Shown piece by piece: positions 16,597 through 26,230 of a stretch of DNA of 64,000 bases. The translations under genes and the position numbers were made by a program. The stretch comes from a virus: IMG/VR virus record IMGVR_UViG_3300027909_000021; one strand, written 5' to 3'. Below the pieces are notes generated by a model, which was given only the letters and a program-made list of their open reading frames with translations, did no database searches and was not told where the DNA came from. Within the stretch, counting starts at the first letter, position 1. Every line of letters starts with the position of its first letter.

Positions 16597-17247
16597 CTAG
16601 ATCACCAGCCCCGATCCCAGATAGATGTACCACAGCCGCCATGCCCCAATGGGAATGACGATGGTGCTAGACGTATTAGCATGCGCAAACCCGGCCCCAA
16701 TACGAACCATGTTGGCCTCTACTTTCACCAGTCCCGTCACTTCGATGGAACCGTCGCCGCCGGCTGCCGAATGCTCATATTCGGTGGCCTTATACACCTC
16801 GTCGGCGGTGGTGGCGATGTTGGCGATACCGTCAATGCGGTCAACGGCATATAGCAGCAGGGTCCGCTGGGTGTTGTTGTTTGGTGTGGCCACTGTGTAC
16901 TTCACGGTGGAGCCAGCCAGGTAGATCCCCGGCGGCCACACGAATGAGACAGGGAAAGAAGCAGTTGCAGCGAAGCCGTTGGCTTGCACCGCCAAGCTGC
17001 CGCCGTCGGTGAGCAGATCCGCCCCCGTGTAGCCGTCTGGTAGTACGGTGCCTGCCGCGTTGGTGACGGTGACGGCACCCACGTTGGTGGCACTCCACCA
17101 CCAGCGGCCCAGGTAGTCGTTAAGCGCGGTGTTGATCCCTGACAGGGCGGCGTCGATAGCTTCAGCGTTGCACTGCAAGGACAGGGCGACGGCCGCGGGG
17201 TCATCCGCCGACAGGCATGTCTGTCCGTGCGTTCCTACGTTGGTCAT
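16597..17247 (-). CDS. minor tail protein (fibre paralog)
   Basis: N-terminal CLSADDPAAVALSLQCNAEAIDAAL module. Confidence 0.55.
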   Translation of the reverse strand: MTNVGTHGQTCLSADDPAAVALSLQCNAEAIDAALSGINTALNDYLGRWWWSATNVGAVTVTNAAGTVLPDGYTGADLLTDGGSLAVQANGFAATASFPVSFVWPPGIYLAGSTVKYTVATPNNNTQRTLLLYAVDRIDGIANIATTADEVYKATEYEHSAAGGDGSIEVTGLVKVEANMVRIGAGFAHANTSSTIVIPIGAWRLWYIYLGSGLVI

Positions 17248-17849
17248 GGCAGATCACTGAGCCAGGCCAGCCCAAGTTCCACAGTGTCGATCCGTACGAC
17301 ATCGTTTGTGAACCCGTTGATGTTCACGTTCATGCTCAGCGAGTCGCCTGCTGTGAATCGCATGACCCCCAGCGCCGACGACTGCTGAAGTTGGTTCACG
17401 GCACCATCGACAAACACGATACGAGGTTCCATGTTGTTGTCTGCGGCAATGGCCAAACTGAAAGTCAGATCCTCCTGGAGCAATGCGTTAGGACCGGCCG
17501 CGGTCGCAGTGCCTTCCATGTACATCCACACCGCGTACAACCCGCTGGTGTTGATGACCACCGTGTTGGTGTCCGCAGTCAAATTCACCATGTTGTCGGT
17601 GTTGACCACGACAGTGTCAAACGGTGCGGGGGTCTCCTCGCTACCCGAAGTTTCGATTATCGAGAAGGGTGTTGTGGTGCGTACCCACACCATGGGAATG
17701 GTCGTGTCGGTGCGAGCCACCACCGCATCCAGAAGGTTCAGCTGAACCTCAGTGGCTTCAGCGATGGCACACAAGGTGTCACCGATGTCGCAGGGGTCGT
17801 CGGCCCCCTCCACGACGGGGATCTGGTAGATCGGGGTGCACGTCGTCAT
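17244..17849 (-). CDS. minor tail protein (fibre paralog)
   Basis: ATGA-coupled start at 17849. N-terminal IPVVEGADDPCDIGDTLCAIAEATEVQL module. Confidence 0.55.
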   Translation of the reverse strand: MTTCTPIYQIPVVEGADDPCDIGDTLCAIAEATEVQLNLLDAVVARTDTTIPMVWVRTTTPFSIIETSGSEETPAPFDTVVVNTDNMVNLTADTNTVVINTSGLYAVWMYMEGTATAAGPNALLQEDLTFSLAIAADNNMEPRIVFVDGAVNQLQQSSALGVMRFTAGDSLSMNVNINGFTNDVVRIDTVELGLAWLSDLP

Positions 17850-18331
17850 TGGGTGTACTCCTGCGCCTGCCACTGCACCTCGGCCGTGAACGAAGCCGAC
17901 GGCCCGAAGATGAACATGGTGAACCCGGTGGTGGTGACGTTGATGGCTCGGGCGTGCCAGTTGGCGGTGGCGCCGGCACCGGAGTTGATGTTCCCCGAGA
18001 CGGCTGGCACCCGGGTAAACGGCCGGGCAAAAGTGACCGCCGTGGTGGCGCTAGTCACCGCGGCTACTGTCATGCTCACCGAACCCGCCTGATACGTCGG
18101 GCCGGTAGTTCCTACGCCGTCACTAGACGTTTTGCCGAAGATCAACCACGTTTGATCCTGGCGGAGCACGGCCACCGAGTCGCCGATGACAGGCGCATAT
18201 GACCCCAGCGCGTGTCCGGGCATCAGCGTGCCCTGGACGTTGACAACTACCGGCGCCACGCTGGCGATGACGCCGATACGCAGCCGGTCGTCGGGTGGCA
18301 AGGCTTCGGTGATCGCCTCGGGCAGTGTCAT
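17846..18331 (-). CDS. minor tail protein
   Basis: Track ORF in the tail block. Confidence 0.55.
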   Translation of the reverse strand: MTLPEAITEALPPDDRLRIGVIASVAPVVVNVQGTLMPGHALGSYAPVIGDSVAVLRQDQTWLIFGKTSSDGVGTTGPTYQAGSVSMTVAAVTSATTAVTFARPFTRVPAVSGNINSGAGATANWHARAINVTTTGFTMFIFGPSASFTAEVQWQAQEYTQ

Positions 18332-19459
18332 CTATTCCACCAGGAGGCCAAGCACCTGGGCCCGGCCGACGACGACCATGGGCGAAAGGTCCAAAGGAAT
18401 GGTGAAACCAGACACAACCTGAATAATGCCCGACTTGCCCCTTGCGTTCAAGGTCACGACGTCGCCCAGCTCCAAAGCTGCATCGACCGGCTGGCTCCAC
18501 GACCATGCATCATTGATCGAGATCGACATCCGCAAAGCCTCGTCGGCCGCGGTCTGCGCCGCCCCCTGTGTCGCCGGGGTCTGAAGGTTGATCGTTTTGT
18601 GCCGCAACCCGAAGTTACCCAGCACATATGTTGGGCTTGCGGGGTTTAGATCCTGTGCCAGTGCGTACACCGGCGGCGAACCATCGGCTCGTTCCCCCGT
18701 GACGGTGATGCTGTTGTGGGCGCTGACGCGGTCGCGTGACGCCGAACCTTGGATCAAGCCGCCCGGACCTTCCGACAGTGTCACCAACGACGGGGCATCG
18801 ACGGCAAACGGATACCGGCGCAGCACGAAGTCCCCATTCGCCAGCGCAAACCACACGCAACCAGCCGCGGTGGCCATCTCATCTAGCGCCCCGGCTCGGT
18901 CTGACTCCCAGGTCAGCTGCGGAACCAGCAGCGGCACCTGATCGCTGATCCCGAACGAGGCGTCCCGCACCCCTTCGGATACCAGCCGGACAAACTCGGC
19001 ATGCACGGTCGCCCCGGCGTTGGAGTTTTCTGGTCGCAAAAATGATGCGTCGAGGACCTCGTTGGCCCGGTCCATGCCCAGCAGTTCGAACTGCCCGTCC
19101 GGGCCAAGGTCGACGTCGTGGATACGGCCGGTGAAAACTACCCACCGATACGCCGAGCCGTCGGCGAATTGGATGCCCCGCCACACCCGGATGCGGTTGC
19201 CGTACGGCGCCAGCAGGTCGTCGATGTCGAACGGGTACAGCGTCTCATCCAAGATCAAGCTCAGTTGCCGGGTGACCCGGTTACCCAACGTCGCCGACAC
19301 CGAGCCGCCCAGAAACTGCAACCCGCCGTTGTCGCCCACCCGGTCGGCGGGGATCGGCAAGACCGCCCCGGCCCCGTCGAGCACCTCCACCAGCACATAC
19401 GAGGTGTGTGGGGTCGCCAGCGCCTGGCGGTATGTGGCATCTAGTCCACCGGCGAGCAT
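18332..19459 (-). CDS. minor tail protein (Tal/baseplate-hub position)
   Basis: Second gene after the tape measure; 375 aa. Confidence 0.55.
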   Translation of the reverse strand: MLAGGLDATYRQALATPHTSYVLVEVLDGAGAVLPIPADRVGDNGGLQFLGGSVSATLGNRVTRQLSLILDETLYPFDIDDLLAPYGNRIRVWRGIQFADGSAYRWVVFTGRIHDVDLGPDGQFELLGMDRANEVLDASFLRPENSNAGATVHAEFVRLVSEGVRDASFGISDQVPLLVPQLTWESDRAGALDEMATAAGCVWFALANGDFVLRRYPFAVDAPSLVTLSEGPGGLIQGSASRDRVSAHNSITVTGERADGSPPVYALAQDLNPASPTYVLGNFGLRHKTINLQTPATQGAAQTAADEALRMSISINDAWSWSQPVDAALELGDVVTLNARGKSGIIQVVSGFTIPLDLSPMVVVGRAQVLGLLVE

Positions 19460-21096
19460 CAGTCACCCGCCAAAGTTTCATCCCAGTCCACTTCGCCGGC
19501 GTTGAGCGCAGCCCAAGAGGCGTAGTCGGAGTTGACCTCGTCCCAGTCACGTTCCACCGTGTCCGGGATCGGGGTGTCGGTGGAGGCTCGGCCCCGCAGC
19601 AAGTCGGCGTAGGTGAGCCCGGCAGCGATCAGCGCATCCCAGGTGGGGTAGATGTCACACAGGTCCCTGACCCGTGTGCCACAGACGCCGGTAGTGGGAC
19701 CGGAAGGACGGGCCACCTCCCCGTGTGGCAGGGTGACAACGCGGGGCTGGACCCGGTGGTCGGACACCGGCCGGGTTTCGACCATGTTTCCTACCGACAT
19801 GTACCGGTCGTCGATGCCGTGCTCGGCCGGGCCACGTAGCAGCAGGGGACTGCCGGGCACGTTCAAGGTACGCAACGCGTCCCGGTCGGCGAACGTCTTC
19901 GAAGCGACAGTCAGCTGGGACGTCACGGCCTGACGGGCTCGGTTGACGACAATCGGATACCGAGCGTTGACCGGGAGGAAGGCGCCAGTGACCGCCGGGA
20001 ACTCCTCGTCCGCCATATTGCCGAAGAAGATCCCCTGAGTGGGTACACAATTTGGGTCGATTGGCGCATCGAACAGCAAAGTCACATCGTTACAAGGCCG
20101 CACCGGATCACCGAGACGGAAGCTGCCGGAGCTGGGAACCACCAGGTCGTTGGAGCAGGTCTCCATCGTCTCCAGGTCAGCGCACGGGTCGTACACGTAC
20201 AAGTTGTCCCAGGCGAACACGACCGTGCCGTTGGTGTTGCCGCCTTCGCGTCGGGTGTTCAAAGTGAACGGGTTGGCGGTAGGCACCGACGAGTCGGTGA
20301 CGCTGAGCATCCAGTCGGGTTCGGGGTCGGTGGTGCGCCACACCTTGCACCGGATCTGGCTGCCCCACACCTCCAGTTTCAGCGTCCACGTCATCCCCGC
20401 AGCGTGGGTGCCAGAGGCCACGGTAGTTGCCAGGATGGCGAAGGCACCCCCGGCGGTGCGGGCCAGGTTCACCGTCACCACGCCCGCGGTAGAGATCAGG
20501 ACCTGGCAGCGGTAGTTGTTGTTGGCGTCGGTGAAGCGGGCGTTCAGTTCCGCCGACAGGGAAGCACCTGTCGGCAGCACCGGCACCGTCAGTTCTGCCG
20601 ACATTCCATAGTTCGAGGTGGTCGGGGTGAGGATCGACCGGCGGAAGTTGCCGGTGTCGGTGACGGTCTGGGTGGCCCTGGTGCCATTCACGTCGTAGTC
20701 GCCGGGCACGGTGCCACCGGAGAGGACGTACGTCTGCCCAGCGATCAGTCCCGATTCGACGGTTCCCCACGAGTCCACCAGAACCCGGGTGTAGCTGTCC
20801 GCGGCGATCAACGCCGCCGGCTGTGTCACCAGGTCCCCGGCGGCGTCGATGGCCTGGGTGCAGTAGTAGACGCAGCGGTCCAGTTGGGCTTCGGTGTCCC
20901 AGAAGATGCCATAGCCACACGACAGGGTCAAAAAGTCGCCGTCGAAGCAGACATAGGGACGCAGGGGTGTCCGTTCACCGGTCAGGCAGTCGACCCGGTA
21001 GACGGCGGCGCCGGTGGCCCAGCCCACGTCTGCCCAGTTGACCTCGACCCGGGTGTATGCGGGGGCCGGGTAGAGCAGGGTCGAGATCGCAGGCAC
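19459..21096 (-). CDS. minor tail protein (distal-tail position)
   Basis: First gene after the tape measure; 545 aa. Confidence 0.55.
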   Translation of the reverse strand: MPAISTLLYPAPAYTRVEVNWADVGWATGAAVYRVDCLTGERTPLRPYVCFDGDFLTLSCGYGIFWDTEAQLDRCVYYCTQAIDAAGDLVTQPAALIAADSYTRVLVDSWGTVESGLIAGQTYVLSGGTVPGDYDVNGTRATQTVTDTGNFRRSILTPTTSNYGMSAELTVPVLPTGASLSAELNARFTDANNNYRCQVLISTAGVVTVNLARTAGGAFAILATTVASGTHAAGMTWTLKLEVWGSQIRCKVWRTTDPEPDWMLSVTDSSVPTANPFTLNTRREGGNTNGTVVFAWDNLYVYDPCADLETMETCSNDLVVPSSGSFRLGDPVRPCNDVTLLFDAPIDPNCVPTQGIFFGNMADEEFPAVTGAFLPVNARYPIVVNRARQAVTSQLTVASKTFADRDALRTLNVPGSPLLLRGPAEHGIDDRYMSVGNMVETRPVSDHRVQPRVVTLPHGEVARPSGPTTGVCGTRVRDLCDIYPTWDALIAAGLTYADLLRGRASTDTPIPDTVERDWDEVNSDYASWAALNAGEVDWDETLAGD

Positions 21097-21097
21097 G

Positions 21098-22957
21098 TCA
21101 GCTCCTTGCTCCGGTGGACAGGCTGCGGGCCGTACGCTGATTGGCGCGGGTGATGCGGTAGTCGGTGCGGGCGTCGAGTTGCTCGTTGCCGACGTACACG
21201 TTGACGATGGTGCCTTCGGGCTGCATTACGTCTCGCATCCCGGCGTCGGCGAGGATGGCCCGGTTGCGGCTGATGGTGTTGGCCGGGTCGAGGATGGCCT
21301 CATTGTTGTGGACCATGGCTAGGCCGTCGTGGGGGACGATGCCGCCGCCAGCGAATCCGCCTGCCCATTGCGCGGCTTTACCAAGGGCGCCAAGCGGATT
21401 GCCGATGTGATTGTTGATCCAGTTAATCGCGTCGATGATCTTGGACAGCTTGTTCACCATCTGGATCACAAACCCCAGCGCGATCTCAAAAGCCTTAGCG
21501 ATCAGCTTCGCCAGTTTCACCATGTTCTCCAGGGCATGAGAACCCTCGGGACTTTTCACCCACGCGGTGAACCGATTGATCGCATTGGTCAAGATGGTCA
21601 GGAAGTCCTTGCCGCCGGTTTGCAGCCGGGAAAACAGTGCCGCGAACAAGCCAATCAGCGCTTTCACCAAACCCCAGATGACACTCAGGGCAGAGATGCC
21701 GATGCGCAGCCACTGCTCGAACCGGCCGTCGGTGATCGCCCCCATGATCCAGGCGGCGAATTCGCCAAGGAAGTCGCCGAACTTGTTCAGCAGTTCCACC
21801 ACCACCGGCAGGGCGGCATTCGCCATGGCCCCCAGTGCCACCAGTAGCTGCACCAATACGTCGGAGTTGGTCCGGATGAAGTCGGCGACGGTGAACAACA
21901 TGTCCCGGATCATGTTGATCATCTCTGGCTGCGCAAACGCCCGCATGATTGATGCGATCAGACTGCCCAACGAGTTGGCGACCGCGGCGAAACCCTCGGT
22001 GAGTTTGCCCAGCGTCGCCTTCAGCGTTGGTCCAAGCTGCTTGAGGATCGGGTCGAAAAACTGTTGCTGGACGATGTCACGCAACGCGGCGAACTCGGCG
22101 CGGAAAGGCCGCAGAACCGACACCAGTTGGCGCATCACCGGCGGCAGCTTCTTGAACCCTTCGATGAACTTCTTTGGGTCCTTCTCAAACACCAGACCCA
22201 TGGCGTCGCCAAGGTCTTTGAGCGCCACGATCAGCGGCATGATCACCGCGAGCAGCACCGTCAGTGCTGCCGGGATCAGCAGGGCCAAGTTCAGCAGGGC
22301 CGCAAACGGCGCCAAGGCCACCGTCAGCGCGAAGAACAACACACCCAAAGCCGCGGACAGGGCGGCCACCACGACGACCATGGTGGCCACGGCGGGGGCG
22401 GCAGCGATCAGCTCCGCGGCAGCGGCGGCTAGGGCGGCGCCGATCCTCGTGAACCCCAAAGCCAGTGTGGATTGCACCCGGGCGAGGTCCCCGCCGACAC
22501 CGATGAAAGTTTTGAACCCCTCGACGGCGAGTCCCACGACACCCTGGAACACCAGGTCAATGCCGTGGATGAGACTGAACATGCCCCTGGTGAGGCGACC
22601 GATGCTTCGAAACACCGCCCCGACACGCAGAGCGAAGTTGCCGAACAGACGGGTGAGGATGAAGTTACCCCTGGCCAACCGGTCGAAGGCAGAACGTAGA
22701 CCGCCCTGTTTGTCGATGCGATCACGCAGGTCGTCGATCCAGCGGCCGAGGGTGGCAAACCGGGTCCGCAGGATCGGGAATCGAGAGCCGATACCGTCGT
22801 CGAGGCCGTCGCTGATCTTTTGCCCGGCGATTTTGGCCCTGCGGTTTCCGTCCTTGCCGACGGCATCGAGAATGGTTTTAAGCTGCGGGGCGATCTCTCG
22901 GGCAAACGGCTTCGTGTCCGCATGGACCTCGATGAAAGCCTCGCCCAGAGTCGTCAC
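21098..22957 (-). CDS. tape measure protein
   Basis: 619 aa, Ala/Leu/Gly-rich with several hydrophobic helices. Lies downstream of the chaperone pair. Confidence 0.8.
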   Translation of the reverse strand: MTTLGEAFIEVHADTKPFAREIAPQLKTILDAVGKDGNRRAKIAGQKISDGLDDGIGSRFPILRTRFATLGRWIDDLRDRIDKQGGLRSAFDRLARGNFILTRLFGNFALRVGAVFRSIGRLTRGMFSLIHGIDLVFQGVVGLAVEGFKTFIGVGGDLARVQSTLALGFTRIGAALAAAAAELIAAAPAVATMVVVVAALSAALGVLFFALTVALAPFAALLNLALLIPAALTVLLAVIMPLIVALKDLGDAMGLVFEKDPKKFIEGFKKLPPVMRQLVSVLRPFRAEFAALRDIVQQQFFDPILKQLGPTLKATLGKLTEGFAAVANSLGSLIASIMRAFAQPEMINMIRDMLFTVADFIRTNSDVLVQLLVALGAMANAALPVVVELLNKFGDFLGEFAAWIMGAITDGRFEQWLRIGISALSVIWGLVKALIGLFAALFSRLQTGGKDFLTILTNAINRFTAWVKSPEGSHALENMVKLAKLIAKAFEIALGFVIQMVNKLSKIIDAINWINNHIGNPLGALGKAAQWAGGFAGGGIVPHDGLAMVHNNEAILDPANTISRNRAILADAGMRDVMQPEGTIVNVYVGNEQLDARTDYRITRANQRTARSLSTGARS

Positions 22958-22989
22958 AAGAGAATCATAGGGGCCAAAACGGACAAAGG

Positions 22990-23583
22990 CTACCGTGCTG
23001 CCCGCAATGCGGCGAGGAACGCTTCGGTGTTGGCGACCTCGTCGAAGTTCCTACTCTCCTGCGGCGGCGGCTGAGTCAGAGCCCTACTCCAGTCGGCCGC
23101 CTGTTGGGGCTTCGGGCCCTTAAGGATCAGATCAATCATGGTGCTATAGGCCCCGTCCAGCCAGTATCCCAACGGCATCCCCCACGGGTACACGCCCATG
23201 CGGGCCATCTCGCCACCAACCGATTCCCAGTTACGCCGAACCGAGTAACACAGTCGCAACGCGATCCACCAAGACCGCCCCGACACAGCCTCGATCAGAT
23301 CCAAGATCGCCTGCTCCAGGTCGGCGTCACCGGCGTGACCCGCGACGATCATATGGTTGACAGCGAACACCGCATCGGGACCCGCCAGTCCCGGAAACAG
23401 GGCCTCATAGTCGATCGGATCCGCCAACAGCAGCTCCAGCCAGCCCGCCGCGTCCATCCCCGGAACGTGAAACGACCGGTCTCCGAAAGTCACATCGGCA
23501 CCCCAGGATCGCAGCGAAGCCACCGGATCCGGGTTGATCGGATTCAGGTTGATGACCTGCGGCTGGGTCGACCTACCGGGCAC
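22990..23583 (-). CDS. tail assembly chaperone, downstream ORF (T-like)
   Basis: Overlaps the end of 23573-23962. It is in the +1 frame relative to that gene, and the frame is open across the KKK-coding AAGAAGAAG run. Confidence 0.55.
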   Translation of the reverse strand: MPGRSTQPQVINLNPINPDPVASLRSWGADVTFGDRSFHVPGMDAAGWLELLLADPIDYEALFPGLAGPDAVFAVNHMIVAGHAGDADLEQAILDLIEAVSGRSWWIALRLCYSVRRNWESVGGEMARMGVYPWGMPLGYWLDGAYSTMIDLILKGPKPQQAADWSRALTQPPPQESRNFDEVANTEAFLAALRAAR

Positions 23584-23962
23584 GGACCGCCTTCTTCTTC
23601 GGCGCAGCGGCCTTCTTGTTCTCCGGCACCAGGTCCTTGACGAAGCTGGAGATCTCGGTCAGGTCCAGGTTCCCGGCCAGCATCTGCATCAGCAGAAACT
23701 CGCGATCCTCTTCGGACACCACCATGAACCCGAGCATGTCGAGAAACTTGGCCATCACGTCCAGGCCACTGGCCATGGCGCGGGATTCTTCGGCGGTCAG
23801 TTCCCGTTCTTCGTCTTCTTCGGTGTCGGGCATCACAGCCAAGGCGCCGGACAGCATCTGGCGCATCCGGTGGATGAGCACCATCTGGGTGTCGTTGAAC
23901 TGCTTGAAGACGATCTCACGACCGAGGATCGTTACCGGCAGAACCTTCGCTTTCTCGGCCAT
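23573..23962 (-). CDS. tail assembly chaperone (G-like)
   Basis: 129 aa, acidic with a basic tail, immediately upstream of the tape measure region. Confidence 0.65.
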   Translation of the reverse strand: MAEKAKVLPVTILGREIVFKQFNDTQMVLIHRMRQMLSGALAVMPDTEEDEERELTAEESRAMASGLDVMAKFLDMLGFMVVSEEDREFLLMQMLAGNLDLTEISSFVKDLVPENKKAAAPKKKAVRAR

Positions 23963-23974
23963 AGCTGGACAATA

Positions 23975-24451
23975 TCACGCCCGGGTGTAAACCTTGAACC
24001 CCAGCTCGCGACCCCAATACCGCAAAGGCACCGTCAGATAGCGGGTCCCCTTCATCCCCGGGTGACGCACCGAAGCCAGCATGACCTTGCCCCTGTACGG
24101 GCCCGACTTGGTCACCAGATCCCGCGGAGCCTTGTCCCAGTAGAACGACAGCATCCGCTTATGCTTGGGCCGGATCACATGCCTGCGGGCCCCCTGATGC
24201 ACCACCAGGGCATATCGCAGCGAGGACCCGACCCTGGCCATGACCTGGAACTGACCTTGGACCTTCAGCTGGGTGCCGATACTGGCCCGCAGTGTGCCAC
24301 CGGGGGGTTCGCCCCGCCCCGGTTTGCGTACCGGCGCACCGACCTTCGCGTCATGTTCAATCAGTCGCGCCGTCCGCGCCACGTGCCGCATCGCCAGCTG
24401 CCTCGCCCACAGGTTCGACTTCTGGCGGTCCAGCTTCAAACGATTGGCCAC
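23975..24451 (-). CDS. HK97 gp10-like head-tail / tail-terminator family protein
   Basis: GTG at 24451 follows GAGGA. The pattern AK..AP..TG.L..SI is gp10-like. GC3 supports this frame over 24357-24451. Confidence 0.55.
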   Translation of the reverse strand: MANRLKLDRQKSNLWARQLAMRHVARTARLIEHDAKVGAPVRKPGRGEPPGGTLRASIGTQLKVQGQFQVMARVGSSLRYALVVHQGARRHVIRPKHKRMLSFYWDKAPRDLVTKSGPYRGKVMLASVRHPGMKGTRYLTVPLRYWGRELGFKVYTRA

Positions 24452-24647
24452 GCCGTCCTCGCTTCTTGACCCGCTCCGCAGCCCCCGCCACGGCCTGTTC
24501 CACATGCTCCTCGAACCTGCCGAGCAGTTCCAGGTAGCCCATCCGCTGAAGTTCGGCTTGGCGCATGTTCCCTTCAAGCAGCACCGCGCGACCCACGTCC
24601 TGCGCCCCGAAGCTGTCATGCGGCATCGTCACCCGATACCAATTCAT
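24357..24647 (-). CDS. head-tail connector-region protein
   Basis: Track ORF with an ATGA-type junction to the upstream gene. The last ~95 nt overlap the next gene and have low GC3. Confidence 0.5.
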   Translation of the reverse strand: MNWYRVTMPHDSFGAQDVGRAVLLEGNMRQAELQRMGYLELLGRFEEHVEQAVAGAAERVKKRGRRGQSFEAGPPEVEPVGEAAGDAARGADGATD

Positions 24648-25162
24648 GTCGCCCTCCCGTACAAGTCAGCGTGGATTGTCACCGTGGACCCGGCGCAGCC
24701 ACCCTCTGTCGACACTGCCCGCCAGTCGCCGTACATCACCGACGATTTGTCTCGCTGACTGATGAAGCAGCAGATGGCGGCCATCATCGTCGCCCGATCG
24801 TTGAGCAGGTCCGTGTTCAACTCATCCCACATGCCCTGGTCTGGTAGCACTTGCAACGTACCAATCGGGGCACATCGCCACATGGATAGCTCAAATTCGA
24901 CCGCCATAGGCTGGGCACATGTCACCGACAGCGCCGCCGGGGTCGGAGCCCCCCACGACGGATACGTCCGGACCACCCGCACGAAGGCGGCGCCCAGGCA
25001 ACATTCGTCGATGGTCTGAGATGCCAGAGGCTGTCCGTCGGTTCCTGTCCGGAATCCCACTACCTCCGGGGGCTTGGGGTTCGCCAACGCCTCATTCGCC
25101 AGACACGTCATCAGCAGCTGCGCCACCGGCAGCACTCGACGATCAGGATAGGTAACCGGCAT
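24644..25162 (-). CDS. head-tail connector-region protein
   Basis: Track ORF, assigned by position. Confidence 0.55.
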   Translation of the reverse strand: MPVTYPDRRVLPVAQLLMTCLANEALANPKPPEVVGFRTGTDGQPLASQTIDECCLGAAFVRVVRTYPSWGAPTPAALSVTCAQPMAVEFELSMWRCAPIGTLQVLPDQGMWDELNTDLLNDRATMMAAICCFISQRDKSSVMYGDWRAVSTEGGCAGSTVTIHADLYGRAT

Positions 25163-25168
25163 AGGTCC

Positions 25169-25945
25169 TCATGGGGTTGTCGTCATGTACGGGCCAATAA
25201 CCTCCGGCGAGATGATCCGCAGGCGCCCGGTCAGTCGATGCGGATTCGCCGCCACGATGACCTGATCCACCGAGGCGACACCGGTCAAGCCCCGGTCTAG
25301 CAGCTGGTCGATGTCTACACCGTCGAAGGTGGTGCCCTGTCGGGTCAACGTCACGATCCGGGTCGGGATGGCGCACGCCTCACCGCGGCACATACGAGCC
25401 CATTCGCAGGCGTACGTCCCGGCGGCGGCGAGGATGTAGGTGGGCACGGCGGTGCCGCGGCCGTAGGTGACGCTGAATGTGTCGGTGCCGGAGTCTTTGT
25501 CGAAGTCCTGGCTCCGGGGCCAGCAGTTACCGTCGGTGCGGATGAGCCAACGGGCGTCGTCGACTCGGTATGCCGCAGGATTGATGACAACACCGTCGAC
25601 TGTCACGGTCGTTACGGAAGCTACCGGCCCCGGCAGGTACACCTTGCACCGTGCCCCGCAGGTACAAAAGTTACCGCAGGCACAATTGAACCATTCGCCA
25701 CCGTAGATATACGGGATCCAGGTACCGTTGTGCCAGGTGTATCCGGCGGCGTCGTCGTCGCACGGCCACCGGCCACAGGGGCGCACGGTGATCGAACAGA
25801 TGCCGTATTGGCGACCAGTCGCGGCCCACAGGATAAACGTCGCAGCGTCGGCTGCGGCCTGCTGCTCCGCCACCGTCAACTCGGCCCAAAAGTCCGCGCA
25901 GCAGTCGATGCTGTCGGAGATGTCCCAAGCGCACGGTGCGGCCAT
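25169..25945 (-). CDS. head-tail adaptor-region protein (Cys-rich)
   Basis: Track ORF, assigned by position. Confidence 0.55.
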   Translation of the reverse strand: MAAPCAWDISDSIDCCADFWAELTVAEQQAAADAATFILWAATGRQYGICSITVRPCGRWPCDDDAAGYTWHNGTWIPYIYGGEWFNCACGNFCTCGARCKVYLPGPVASVTTVTVDGVVINPAAYRVDDARWLIRTDGNCWPRSQDFDKDSGTDTFSVTYGRGTAVPTYILAAAGTYACEWARMCRGEACAIPTRIVTLTRQGTTFDGVDIDQLLDRGLTGVASVDQVIVAANPHRLTGRLRIISPEVIGPYMTTTP

Positions 25946-25980
25946 GGGAGCAGTTTAGCCCCCATGAGCCGCATTTGTCC

Positions 25981-26220
25981 CTATCGCTTGAGGATGCCCT
26001 GGTCGAGGAGCGCCTGGCGGACGGCGGCGTCTTTAGCTTCAAGGATCTTGCGTAGAGCCGTGGTCAACTCGGCACCGTCCTTGCAGTTGTCGACCAGGAA
26101 CTGGGCCAGCTCAGCGAAGGGACGCGAGTACCGCTGGGCGTCTTCGGATAGGTGCTCGTAGTTGAACAGGCCCCGGAAGTGCTGAACCCCCGGGTGCCTG
26201 TCGGTAGCGATATTCAGCAT
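25981..26220 (-). CDS. hypothetical protein (79 aa)
   Basis: Internal ATG at 26220 of ORF 25981-26349 avoids overlapping the upstream gene. Confidence 0.5.
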   Translation of the reverse strand: MLNIATDRHPGVQHFRGLFNYEHLSEDAQRYSRPFAELAQFLVDNCKDGAELTTALRKILEAKDAAVRQALLDQGILKR

Positions 26221-26230
26221 GAATCGGATA

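Noticed and set aside
21567-22970. Long antisense ORFs opposite real genes (e.g. 21567-22970 +, 35856-37535 +, 41192-42493 +, 44606-45751 -, 53252-54088 -, 123-1058 -, 20177-20920 -)
   Set aside because: These are typical high-GC shadow ORFs. They are Arg/Pro/Gly-rich and lack SD or coupling signals, and the opposite strand encodes recognisable proteins with much better third-position G/C bias.
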